Positions 1-7,592 of a DNA stretch of 64,000 nt are shown here, piece by piece. The notes below the pieces were generated by a model. It was not told where the DNA came from. It was given only the letters and a program-made list of their open reading frames with translations, and did no database searches. Made by a program: the position numbers and the translations under genes. This DNA is from a virus. Lineage: Duplodnaviria > Caudoviricetes. The first letter of the stretch is position 1, and each line of letters begins with the position of its first letter. The stretch covers positions 1 to 64,000 of the IMG/VR virus record IMGVR_UViG_2974644955_000001; one strand, 5' to 3'.

Positions 1-255
1 ATGCTTGATGGCAACACAATCTCACAACTCGTCTCAGTGGTCATGATGGTAGCACCATCAGCTTCAGATCAGCATCTGGAGAACCACAGCCGTGAGACAA
101 TCTACCAGTTCCACGTAGAATCTGGAGCGCATGAACTTGCGCTCTGGGATGCGTGCGAAGAACTGGCCACAGCGTTCAATCAATTGGACCTGTGGGTGAT
201 GTACCAAGACACTTTGCAGCAACCTCATGCTTGGTGCAAAGGCATCTACAAGTGA
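1..255 (+). CDS. Hypothetical early protein (may extend upstream of the window)
   Basis: 84-codon ORF ending just before a terminator-like hairpin; no recognisable motif. Confidence 0.5.
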   Translation: MLDGNTISQLVSVVMMVAPSASDQHLENHSRETIYQFHVESGAHELALWDACEELATAFNQLDLWVMYQDTLQQPHAWCKGIYK

Positions 256-262
256 ACCATAG

Positions 263-294
263 ACCTCAACACCTACACGGGTGTTGGGGTTTTG
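263..294 (+). terminator. Intrinsic terminator
   Basis: ACCTCAACACC...GGTGTTGGGGT stem followed by TTTT directly after the ORF stop. Confidence 0.6.
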
Positions 295-363
295 GGTTTC
301 GCTGGGATAGGCAACCGGACTGACCTGTTCGAACGTCGGACGACAAAACCTTCCGGTTTTGCG

Positions 364-383
364 GGGGCTAACGCCCCTCGTGG
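364..383 (+). promoter_or_regulatory. Virion-RNAP hairpin promoter upstream of gp2-like gene
   Basis: GGGGC-TAAC-GCCCC-TCGT-GG: 5-bp stem, 4 nt, then GG, the N4 vRNAP promoter geometry; the same pattern recurs at 1057. Confidence 0.7.
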
Positions 384-429
384 CAGTTGAAAGACTGTCT
401 CAACCATGATCAACCAAAGGAGATATCTC

Positions 430-825
430 ATGGCTTTTAAGGCAATTGCAACCAACCGTGCAAAGACAACCGCAGCCAAAGCAGACGAAGACGAGTTCCA
501 GGGTCTCTGGATCAACGTCGGTCTTGTGACTGCTGACGGTGAAGGCGACGACGCCGAAACCAAGTTCAACCGTTTGCCTCGTGGCATCGCGGTGAGCGAC
601 CTGACGGAGCACAAAGTGTATGCTTCGACGAATCCCGAGTGGGCAGCGGAGGCGAACCTCGTCAACGCTCTGATCGCAAAGATCCGGGAGAAGGGCGCAC
701 AGCTTGGCGAAGGCGAAGCGATGCCGTTGGAATTCAGTGTCCAACTGTACCGTCGCCAGGAGCAAGTTGCTTCCGTCGGCACACCTGAAGTTGAGGTCGA
801 TCTCGACTCTCTGTTCGGAGCATAA
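430..825 (+). CDS. N4 gp2-like ssDNA-binding activator of RNAP II (middle transcription)
   Basis: LWINVG...RLPRGIAV...NALIAKI...SVQLYRR pattern; AAGGAG RBS before ATG 430; early position after a vRNAP promoter. Confidence 0.72.
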   Translation: MAFKAIATNRAKTTAAKADEDEFQGLWINVGLVTADGEGDDAETKFNRLPRGIAVSDLTEHKVYASTNPEWAAEANLVNALIAKIREKGAQLGEGEAMPLEFSVQLYRRQEQVASVGTPEVEVDLDSLFGA

Positions 826-832
826 CGCTCAA

Positions 833-870
833 ACCCCTCGTCACTTCGGTGGCGAGGGGTCCACAATTTT
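833..870 (+). terminator. Terminator hairpin after gp2-like gene
   Basis: ACCCCTCGTCAC-TTCG-GTGGCGAGGGGT 12-bp stem with UUCG loop; weak T tract. Confidence 0.7.
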
Positions 871-1056
871 ATTGCCAAAAATCATAGATTTTTGACTCTT
901 TCTTTTTGTGTTCGACTGAAACCTGACTTGATGAAGAATCAAGTCAGATTCAGCGAACTTAAAGTTAAGAGCAGATAGACCAGGAGTTCACACAAGTTGA
1001 ACTTCAAACATCAGCTTCAGACTCGGATAGACATCCATACCTTGTGCTCATCTCGT

Positions 1057-1076
1057 GCGGCTAACGCCGCTCTTGG
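1057..1076 (+). promoter_or_regulatory. Virion-RNAP hairpin promoter upstream of NADAR and RNAP1
   Basis: GCGGC-TAAC-GCCGC-TCTT-GG; same loop and spacing as 364-383, with compensatory stem changes. Confidence 0.75.
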
Positions 1077-1162
1077 TGTTTTGACTGCCATTTGGCTGAC
1101 TAAAACCTGAAAGTTCACAAATACCCGTGATCTGACTAAACCAAACAGAAAGGTAACTACCG

Positions 1163-1648
1163 ATGGAAATGACTGGAAACCTGCCTAAAACCACCAAGAA
1201 ACCTATCATGGGATTTCAAGGTGAGTACCGTTGGCTGTCCAACTTTTGGACTGCACCAATCGTCGTAACAGGGTTCGAATATCAGAACACTGAGGCAGCC
1301 TATCAGGCAGCCAAGACCATCAACGTGGCTCACCGTATGCAGTTCAAGAACATGACTGGTGGTGAGGCAAAACGTGCTGGTCGGAGTGTCATCATGAGAC
1401 ATGACTGGGACTTCGTGAAGCTGGAGATCATGGAACTGGTGCTTCGTGCCAAGTTCATGGCCCATGCTGATCTGGCTCTCAAGCTCATTGAGACTGGTGA
1501 TCGTGACATCGTTGAACTGAATACCTGGGGAGATACTCACTGGGGTCAGGTCAAAGACAAAGAAGGCAACCTCGTCGGAGAAAATGTGCTGGGCAAATTG
1601 CTCATGAACATTCGTTCGGACATCAATAAAGGACTCGCAAAGATATGA
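1163..1648 (+). CDS. NADAR (YbiA-like) family ADP-ribosyl hydrolase
   Basis: WLSNFW, TEAAYQAAK, WDFVKLEIMELVLRAKF, IVELNTWGDTHWG, GENVLGKLLMNIR: hallmark NADAR motifs. Confidence 0.9.
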   Translation: MEMTGNLPKTTKKPIMGFQGEYRWLSNFWTAPIVVTGFEYQNTEAAYQAAKTINVAHRMQFKNMTGGEAKRAGRSVIMRHDWDFVKLEIMELVLRAKFMAHADLALKLIETGDRDIVELNTWGDTHWGQVKDKEGNLVGENVLGKLLMNIRSDINKGLAKI

Positions 1649-2427
1649 CATCAATGGTCACAACTCAGTTGAATCTCGAAGAACTCTGCCATCGGAACCA
1701 ACTGATGGACGTTCTGCGAGAGCAGTTCTCACCTCTGACAGAAGATCCATTCAAGCTGGATGTTCTGTGTCAGATGTATCTGCACAAGCAAACGGACGTT
1801 CCGACTCTCGTTGGACTGTTCAGCCCCAAATGGGGTGAACCACAGGAAGTGGCAGAGATGCTCAAGGAAGTGGTGGAGGAAGACCTCGTGGACTTCGACA
1901 TGGAGAACATGAGGTTCATCCTCAAATATGAGATCACTCAAGATGTCGAAGACATCCTGGCTCATTACCAATTCCCACTGCCCATGATTGTTCCACCGAA
2001 GAAAGTGCAGAACAACCACATGGGATCTGGCTACTACGACAAACGTGGTCGGATTGTCCTCAATGGTTCAGATGTCTTCGATGACGAAGATGTGTGTCTC
2101 GATCACATCAATCGCTGCAACAGTGTCGCACTGACACTGAACACAAATGTGGTTGCATCGGCTGAAGGCAACATGATCCTTCCCAAACGAAAGATTGGTG
2201 AGGATTTCCTGGAATTCCAAAAGCGTCAGAAGCAGGCAGAAGTCTTCTACAACACATCCTTCGAAGTCATGACAGGGATGCTGACGTTGGGCAATGAGTT
2301 CTGGCTCACTCACAAGTATGACCGTCGTGGTCGTACCTATGCAGTGGGATATCACGTCAACTCGCAAGGCACAGACTACAACAAAGCTGTGCTGGAACTC
2401 TCACGAAAGGAGAAAATCATTGGATAA
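1645..2427 (+). CDS. RNA polymerase II subunit 1 (N4 gp15-like)
   Basis: FWLTHKYDRRGRTYAVGYHVNSQG (DxRGR motif of T7-type RNAP N-terminal half); size and position. Confidence 0.9.
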   Translation: MTSMVTTQLNLEELCHRNQLMDVLREQFSPLTEDPFKLDVLCQMYLHKQTDVPTLVGLFSPKWGEPQEVAEMLKEVVEEDLVDFDMENMRFILKYEITQDVEDILAHYQFPLPMIVPPKKVQNNHMGSGYYDKRGRIVLNGSDVFDDEDVCLDHINRCNSVALTLNTNVVASAEGNMILPKRKIGEDFLEFQKRQKQAEVFYNTSFEVMTGMLTLGNEFWLTHKYDRRGRTYAVGYHVNSQGTDYNKAVLELSRKEKIIG

Positions 2428-2512
2428 CTTCACCGCTGGCTTCGTATGTGGAGGATTGAGCGTATGCTTTCTCCTCTTCATCGTCGCCGTGTTACCGGAG
2501 ATTGTGTCATGA
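2420..2512 (+). CDS. Small membrane protein (TTG start)
   Basis: AAGGAG RBS before TTG 2420; hydrophobic segment; overlaps both neighbours. Confidence 0.4.
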   Translation: MDNFTAGFVCGGLSVCFLLFIVAVLPEIVS

Positions 2513-2652
2513 GAAAACTGGAATGGTTCTGTTACCAGCGTCAGTTGCTCATGCAATCCTTCATCAAAATGGCACAGGATATCACTGGTTCAACTGAACC
2601 CAGAACATGGTTTCCTGTCTATCATCGTCTCTACGAAAGGAACATGAAATGA
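2509..2652 (+). CDS. Hypothetical early protein
   Basis: ATGA coupling to both neighbours; GGAG RBS. Confidence 0.5.
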   Translation: MRKLEWFCYQRQLLMQSFIKMAQDITGSTEPRTWFPVYHRLYERNMK

Positions 2653-2753
2653 AATGGCCACTCGACGCCTTCTGGTATGACTTCTGGGAATTCTTCCTGG
2701 GAGCCAACCACATGAAGGCAAACTACATCCGCTGCTCGAATGTGAGGTACTGA
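2649..2753 (+). CDS. Hypothetical early peptide (34 aa, MKWPLDAFWYDFWEFF...)
   Basis: ATGA overlap and AAGGAA RBS; below the ORF-track size cutoff. Confidence 0.45.
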   Translation: MKWPLDAFWYDFWEFFLGANHMKANYIRCSNVRY

Positions 2754-2756
2754 ACC

Positions 2757-2942
2757 ATGTGGAATGTTATCAAAGCCCTCCTGGTTATAGCAGCCTTTCT
2801 CTTTCAGTTCGTCATTGTCTATGGCGCTGAATCAATAGCTGAAGAAACAGGAGACTATGGCCAAGCTATCTACGAAATGCTTTGGCTTCTCCTGCTGTTC
2901 TTCATCGCAGAATCTATGTTGAAGGAGGACAAAGATGGGTAA
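2757..2942 (+). CDS. Small two-TM membrane protein
   Basis: Two hydrophobic stretches; GAGG RBS. Confidence 0.55.
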   Translation: MWNVIKALLVIAAFLFQFVIVYGAESIAEETGDYGQAIYEMLWLLLLFFIAESMLKEDKDG

Positions 2943-3249
2943 AGAACCTGCACCCAAATCAGAGATGGTCAAAGAAATTGCTAGTGCCTATGGCATGACC
3001 GTCGAGGACAAACCCATGTCCAAAAGAGAAAAGCTGAAAGCCTGGCAAAAGAACTACGACAAGCTGGGCTTCAGCAACTTCCTATGTGGTGACGAAGCAC
3101 TCGTCACTGTCATGGAAAACGACAAGATCGAAGTGAAGATCCGGAAACAAACATCCGCAGATGAGTCCCGGAACTATCGCTTCGTCTTCGACACTCAATC
3201 GCAGTGTGAGCGTTTGCTCCCTGCCCTTCTGAAAGGACTCACCAAATGA
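2935..3249 (+). CDS. Hypothetical early protein
   Basis: 104-aa ORF with AAGGAGG RBS and phage-like codon usage. Confidence 0.65.
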   Translation: MGKEPAPKSEMVKEIASAYGMTVEDKPMSKREKLKAWQKNYDKLGFSNFLCGDEALVTVMENDKIEVKIRKQTSADESRNYRFVFDTQSQCERLLPALLKGLTK

Positions 3250-3374
3250 TCATTGTCAACGGTCTAACGAGGTCACTCGTGGTCTTTGGCAATGTATCAC
3301 ACAATGACTTCCAACTGTTCATGGCTCAAATGCAACACGCTGTGAACCTACACAAAGGGGATGATCCAGCATGA
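3246..3374 (+). CDS. Hypothetical early peptide (42 aa)
   Basis: ATGA-coupled at both ends; AAGGA RBS. Confidence 0.45.
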   Translation: MIIVNGLTRSLVVFGNVSHNDFQLFMAQMQHAVNLHKGDDPA

Positions 3375-3550
3375 TCACCGCTGAGATGTATGAAAAAGCC
3401 ACAGGCCACAAGCCTGTGGATGATGACCTGGAACGTGCAAACTGTCGTCAGGCAGGAGAACTGGGTCATTTCCACTGTGGATGGAACGAGGAAGAAAACC
3501 TTCCTCGGACCATGACTCCACCCTTCATCAAAAAGGAACTTCAACCATGA
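3371..3550 (+). CDS. Hypothetical early protein (MITAEMYEKATGHKPVDDDLERANC...)
   Basis: ATGA-coupled at both ends; C..GH..CGW motif. Confidence 0.55.
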   Translation: MITAEMYEKATGHKPVDDDLERANCRQAGELGHFHCGWNEEENLPRTMTPPFIKKELQP

Positions 3551-3792
3551 TCACCGGAGATGACATCCGTCGCCTTGAAGAAGAGGCGGCCAACAAACCA
3601 AAGAAGCTGCTTATCATCGACACGATGCAGTTCTTTGAAATCGAGATCCCAGAGGATGTCGATGCTGAGTCCTTCCTGGACTCTGACCTTTGTCGCCAAG
3701 TCTGTGCTGACAAAATCCTGAGTGGCATGACTGATCTTGAGATCAATCGTGTCATGAAACAAAACCCTCAAACCAAGGAGTTCGAAGAATGA
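3547..3792 (+). CDS. Hypothetical acidic early protein
   Basis: ATGA coupling; AAGGAA RBS. Confidence 0.55.
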   Translation: MITGDDIRRLEEEAANKPKKLLIIDTMQFFEIEIPEDVDAESFLDSDLCRQVCADKILSGMTDLEINRVMKQNPQTKEFEE

Positions 3793-3938
3793 AATTCTCA
3801 CATCTGAAATCTCAAGAAGAGATTGACCGCGAAGAAAGCAACCGTGCCATCAAAATGTGGGCATGGGTGATCATCTTCAGTGCAGCATTCTATGCACTGC
3901 TGTTCGCAGCGTTGATCAAATATGTCTTCTTCAACTGA
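3789..3938 (+). CDS. Small single-TM membrane protein
   Basis: AAGGAG RBS, ATGA overlap, hydrophobic WAWVIIFSAAFYALLFAALI. Confidence 0.5.
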   Translation: MKFSHLKSQEEIDREESNRAIKMWAWVIIFSAAFYALLFAALIKYVFFN

Positions 3939-4224
3939 AGAGGAAATCACGGAGCCTACAACAGCAGTCCAGGATCGCCACTACCTTTGTATGGAGATCC
4001 GTGAATACCGTCAGTTTGCAGAGGCTCTGATGTCGAACTGTTATCTCAACAGAGAGGCACAACCCTGCAAACTGAAAAACGCCAAAACCAAAAAGCTCAA
4101 AAATCTGAGGTCTGGAATTCGAAAATCTCCATACCTGCTGAAGTCCATCATCTGGAAAGAACAGCTTCGACAGATTGAGCAGGAGTTGGCCAAACGTATT
4201 CATAATGGAAGGAGATATCCGTGA
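3922..4224 (+). CDS. Hypothetical basic protein
   Basis: 100-aa ORF in the coupled early string. Confidence 0.5.
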   Translation: MSSSTEEEITEPTTAVQDRHYLCMEIREYRQFAEALMSNCYLNREAQPCKLKNAKTKKLKNLRSGIRKSPYLLKSIIWKEQLRQIEQELAKRIHNGRRYP

Positions 4225-4418
4225 GTAACCGCAAAAACTTTCTGTTCAGAAAGCACGCTGCTGCATTTGAGAGATACATCGTTCCGGCTCATGCGAGTCG
4301 GGCCGAGATCATGAGAGACTCTGAAGGCTACTGGCTCAACGTCTGGTGGCACTGTGGAGAAATCGCACCGCTTACGGTGCAAGAAGAAGCACAAGCATTA
4401 GGAGAAATGAAATGCTGA
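4221..4418 (+). CDS. Hypothetical protein (GTG start)
   Basis: AAGGAG RBS; GTGA overlap with the previous stop. Confidence 0.55.
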   Translation: MSNRKNFLFRKHAAAFERYIVPAHASRAEIMRDSEGYWLNVWWHCGEIAPLTVQEEAQALGEMKC

Positions 4419-5614
4419 AGGTCCAAGACTTCCGTGAACTGACTGGCCTCGAATATCTCATGGCTGACATCGCGTGCAAACACGATAAAGCCTACGAGAA
4501 GAAAGGCTGGGACGAACGTCTTCATCACTTCTCGGAGATCGACTTCAAAGATCCGAAGACTTTCAAAGACGCCAGCAACCCAATCGGGTTGAGGGCAGCC
4601 TACATCGCACTCGAAGATACTGCGATGGGTAAAGACAGTGGCTATACAATCAGCCTGGATGCTGCATCATCTGGACTGCAACTGCTGTCACTCTTGGTTT
4701 CATGTCCAAAGTCATGGAAACTGTGTGGTGGTGATGAGGGTATCCTCGACGCCTACATGCACATCTATATGTCACTGCACATGGACACGATCCTTGATCG
4801 AAAAGATGTGAAGCAGTGTATCATGACTGCTCTCTATGGTTCAACTGCACAGCCGAAGGCAATCTTCGGTGAGAGTGTAGATGTCTTCTACGAAGCAATG
4901 GAGAACATGGCACCTGGAGCCTGGGACTTGAACCTTGGTATCCAGGAGTTGTGGGATGAAGTGGATGGTACAACCTATGATTGGGTGTTGCCTGATAACT
5001 TCTATTGCTGCATCGAAACCCACGACAAGGAGATGATTCCTTTCACATTCCTAGATCAAGAATTCACAGTGATCCAGAAGGTGAATGAACGTCCCCGGTT
5101 CCACAAGGGACTGGGACCGAATCTGATCCACAGCATCGACGGCATGGTAGTGCGGGAGATGTATCGTCGGTGTCAGTATGACCTCAACATGATGGAGCGA
5201 GTTATGCTTCTGTTGATGTCTGATCCAGCCAAAATGGGAACCACTGGTAAATCTTCACAGATGGTTCAGACCCTCTGGGAGCATTACCAGGAAACTGGGT
5301 TCCTCAGTGTTCGTATCCTCGACTATCTCTATGAGGATACGTGTGGACTGGTGGACATGAATGTAATCCGTGCTTTGGTGAGCACCATGCCACTGAAACC
5401 ATTCGAACTGCTATCGGTGCATGACTGTTTCCGGTGTCACCCAAACTATGGCAACGATCTGCGTAAGCAGTACAATGTCATCATGGCTGACATCAATGAC
5501 AGCACAATCTTGCCTGTTATGGCCTCGCAAGTGGCCAATCAGAAGATCCAGGCAAAGAAAGTGGGTCATATCCCTCGGGAAGTGATCCTCAATGCGAACT
5601 ATACCCTGTCATGA
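4412..5614 (+). CDS. RNA polymerase II subunit 2 (N4 gp16-like, catalytic)
   Basis: Motif A SLDAASSGLQ, motif B RKDVKQCIMTALYGS, NLIHSIDG, motif C SVHDCF; GGAG RBS before ATG 4412. Confidence 0.93.
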   Translation: MLKVQDFRELTGLEYLMADIACKHDKAYEKKGWDERLHHFSEIDFKDPKTFKDASNPIGLRAAYIALEDTAMGKDSGYTISLDAASSGLQLLSLLVSCPKSWKLCGGDEGILDAYMHIYMSLHMDTILDRKDVKQCIMTALYGSTAQPKAIFGESVDVFYEAMENMAPGAWDLNLGIQELWDEVDGTTYDWVLPDNFYCCIETHDKEMIPFTFLDQEFTVIQKVNERPRFHKGLGPNLIHSIDGMVVREMYRRCQYDLNMMERVMLLLMSDPAKMGTTGKSSQMVQTLWEHYQETGFLSVRILDYLYEDTCGLVDMNVIRALVSTMPLKPFELLSVHDCFRCHPNYGNDLRKQYNVIMADINDSTILPVMASQVANQKIQAKKVGHIPREVILNANYTLS

Positions 5615-5781
5615 GACCAGTTCGTATCTACCTCAAGCATCATGTTCATGTTTCTGAACAAGATTTGCATCTCTACACAATCTTTTTGTGGAAGGAGTAT
5701 CATGTGGATTTTCTGGCTAATCGTTTCAACTATGATGAAACGAAAGGAAAATATGTCTACTTCTTTGAAGTGATGTACTGA
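5611..5781 (+). CDS. Hypothetical protein (56 aa)
   Basis: ATGA overlap with RNAP2; ends right before a terminator. Confidence 0.45.
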   Translation: MRPVRIYLKHHVHVSEQDLHLYTIFLWKEYHVDFLANRFNYDETKGKYVYFFEVMY

Positions 5782-5787
5782 CAAACA

Positions 5788-5824
5788 AACCCCTCCAGCT
5801 TATAGCTGGGGGGGTTACTTTTTT
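5788..5824 (+). terminator. Intrinsic terminator closing the early operon
   Basis: AACCCCTCCAGCT-TAT-AGCTGGGGGGGTT followed by a T run. Confidence 0.75.
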
Positions 5825-5846
5825 GACCAAACCAAGGAGACGACTG

Positions 5847-6032
5847 ATGTGGAGATACTATTACCTCGACGATCATACAAGGACTGTTTTTTACACAGAG
5901 ACAGAACTTGGTGAAGATCGGCCAGATCTGGTCTTCGTTGGCATGAGCCAAAACCCAAACCCAAGGATGGCTGTTGCTCTCTTTGTTCAGAAAGACTTGT
6001 CTCCACAAGGGTACAAGATAAAAGCTCTCTGA
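5847..6032 (+). CDS. Hypothetical protein
   Basis: AAGGAG RBS before ATG 5847. Confidence 0.55.
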   Translation: MWRYYYLDDHTRTVFYTETELGEDRPDLVFVGMSQNPNPRMAVALFVQKDLSPQGYKIKAL

Positions 6033-6076
6033 CTCTTTCTTTCTGGTTTTGATTTTTACCAGAAGGAAACAAACAA

Positions 6077-7258
6077 ATGTCCGCAGACATTCTTAAACTA
6101 TCACCCTCTGAGGTGTATGAATTCGTCACCGCTGCTCTCAGCTTGAAGCAGGTTCCTTACATCGCTGGTCCTCCGGCCATTGGTAAGTCGCAAGTTGTTC
6201 ATGGAGTGGCAGATGATGCCAATGCTTTCATGATCGACGTTCGTTTGAGCCAATACCTCTCTGAAGATCTCACAGGTCTTCCTGAGAAGGACGAAAGCCG
6301 TGGCAAAGCCAAGTACCTGCCATTCGAAACATTCCCCCTCGAAGGCGACCCTATCCCTGCTGGGTACAGTGGTTGGCTTCTCTTCCTGGATGAACTTTCC
6401 AGTGCCAGTGAAGAAGTCCTGGCGGCTGCTTACAGCCTCATCCTGGATCGTACTGTTGGGGGTAAGAAGCTGCACCCCAAGTGTCTCGTTGTTGCAGCAG
6501 GCAACCGGGCAAGTGACTCTGCAATTGCACGAGAACTGCCAGACACACTGATCACCCGTATGCTGCCTTGTGAGATGAAAGTCTCATCTAAGGACTGGCT
6601 GTACTGGGCTGACAATCACCACAGCAAGAACGATTCTGTCGTGGACTTCATCCGCAAGGATCCGAAGATGCTGTATGCTCCGACCAAAGCCAAAGAGCGG
6701 AAGGAACTGGAGACCTACGCCACTCCTCGTGGATGGGAAAAAGTAATGGCTCATGTCAATCTGCATGAGAAAACCACCAAAAAAGAGGAAGAAGGCGTTG
6801 ATGCGTCTGGAGTCCCAACTGGTCAGAAGATCATGTCTGGTGAGCCTGTCTCTCCCGTGATCTTCAACCTGATGGCTGCTGCTGTTGGTCCGATGGCTGC
6901 TCGTTCCTTCAAGGAAGAGTATGACGAGAACATCCAACTGCCCTATCCCTGGGAGATTGCACAATCTCCTGCAAGTTCCAGGATCCCTGGAGCGGGTGTG
7001 GCCAAGGCACGTCTCATGAATGATCTGTCCAAGTTCTTCATGGAGTCCGACTCTCAAACCCGTGACAACGTATTGATCTATGTCAATCGTGTGGGTGGTG
7101 AGTACAGCGAACTGTTCCTGAATGAGATCAAAGGAAAACTGAAAGAGACACCGAGTGATCAGCGTTTGCTGACCGAGACGGCTCAACGGTTGAACATTGA
7201 TCCTCTGCTGGGGACGGCTCCGAAAGGAGGTAGTTCCTCCGGGAGCAATCCCTTTTGA
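6077..7258 (+). CDS. MoxR-like AAA+ ATPase (N4 gp24-like)
   Basis: Walker A GPPAIGKS, Walker B LLFLDELS, AAGNR sensor; paired with a VWA gene. Confidence 0.88.
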   Translation: MSADILKLSPSEVYEFVTAALSLKQVPYIAGPPAIGKSQVVHGVADDANAFMIDVRLSQYLSEDLTGLPEKDESRGKAKYLPFETFPLEGDPIPAGYSGWLLFLDELSSASEEVLAAAYSLILDRTVGGKKLHPKCLVVAAGNRASDSAIARELPDTLITRMLPCEMKVSSKDWLYWADNHHSKNDSVVDFIRKDPKMLYAPTKAKERKELETYATPRGWEKVMAHVNLHEKTTKKEEEGVDASGVPTGQKIMSGEPVSPVIFNLMAAAVGPMAARSFKEEYDENIQLPYPWEIAQSPASSRIPGAGVAKARLMNDLSKFFMESDSQTRDNVLIYVNRVGGEYSELFLNEIKGKLKETPSDQRLLTETAQRLNIDPLLGTAPKGGSSSGSNPF

Positions 7259-7592
7259 GGGTCTCCGGATAGCTGCTCGAACTCAAGAAGCAGAGAACAT
7301 CCTCAGAGAAATCCAAGATAAGTTCCACAGAGGAATTATCGAGGTGGAGGAAGTCAAACATCTGTTGGAAGATCTGCTTCAAGATGGAGCAATTGCCATC
7401 GACAAAGATATCGCCAACCCAACCCGATCACCTTTTGATGCTGGTTCCAAGAAACGTTGGGACCAGAAAACAAAAGCTAACCCATTGAGTGGGAAAGGAA
7501 AATCCTATGCAGACCGAGTTGAAGGACCAGACGGATGGGGCCAACACGTCCCAGTCACCCGTGACGACGACGACTACGACCTCCTCTTCTGA
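7197..7592 (+). CDS. Hypothetical protein overlapping both neighbours (start uncertain)
   Basis: Only long ORF covering the 250-nt gap between the ATPase and VWA genes. Confidence 0.4.
   Translation: MILCWGRLRKEVVPPGAIPFEGLRIAARTQEAENILREIQDKFHRGIIEVEEVKHLLEDLLQDGAIAIDKDIANPTRSPFDAGSKKRWDQKTKANPLSGKGKSYADRVEGPDGWGQHVPVTRDDDDYDLLF

Noticed and set aside
273-895. Minus-strand ORFs 273-878 and 400-765, and plus-strand ORF 704-895
   Set aside because: They overlap the gp2-like gene, its promoter or its terminator, and show no protein-like features.
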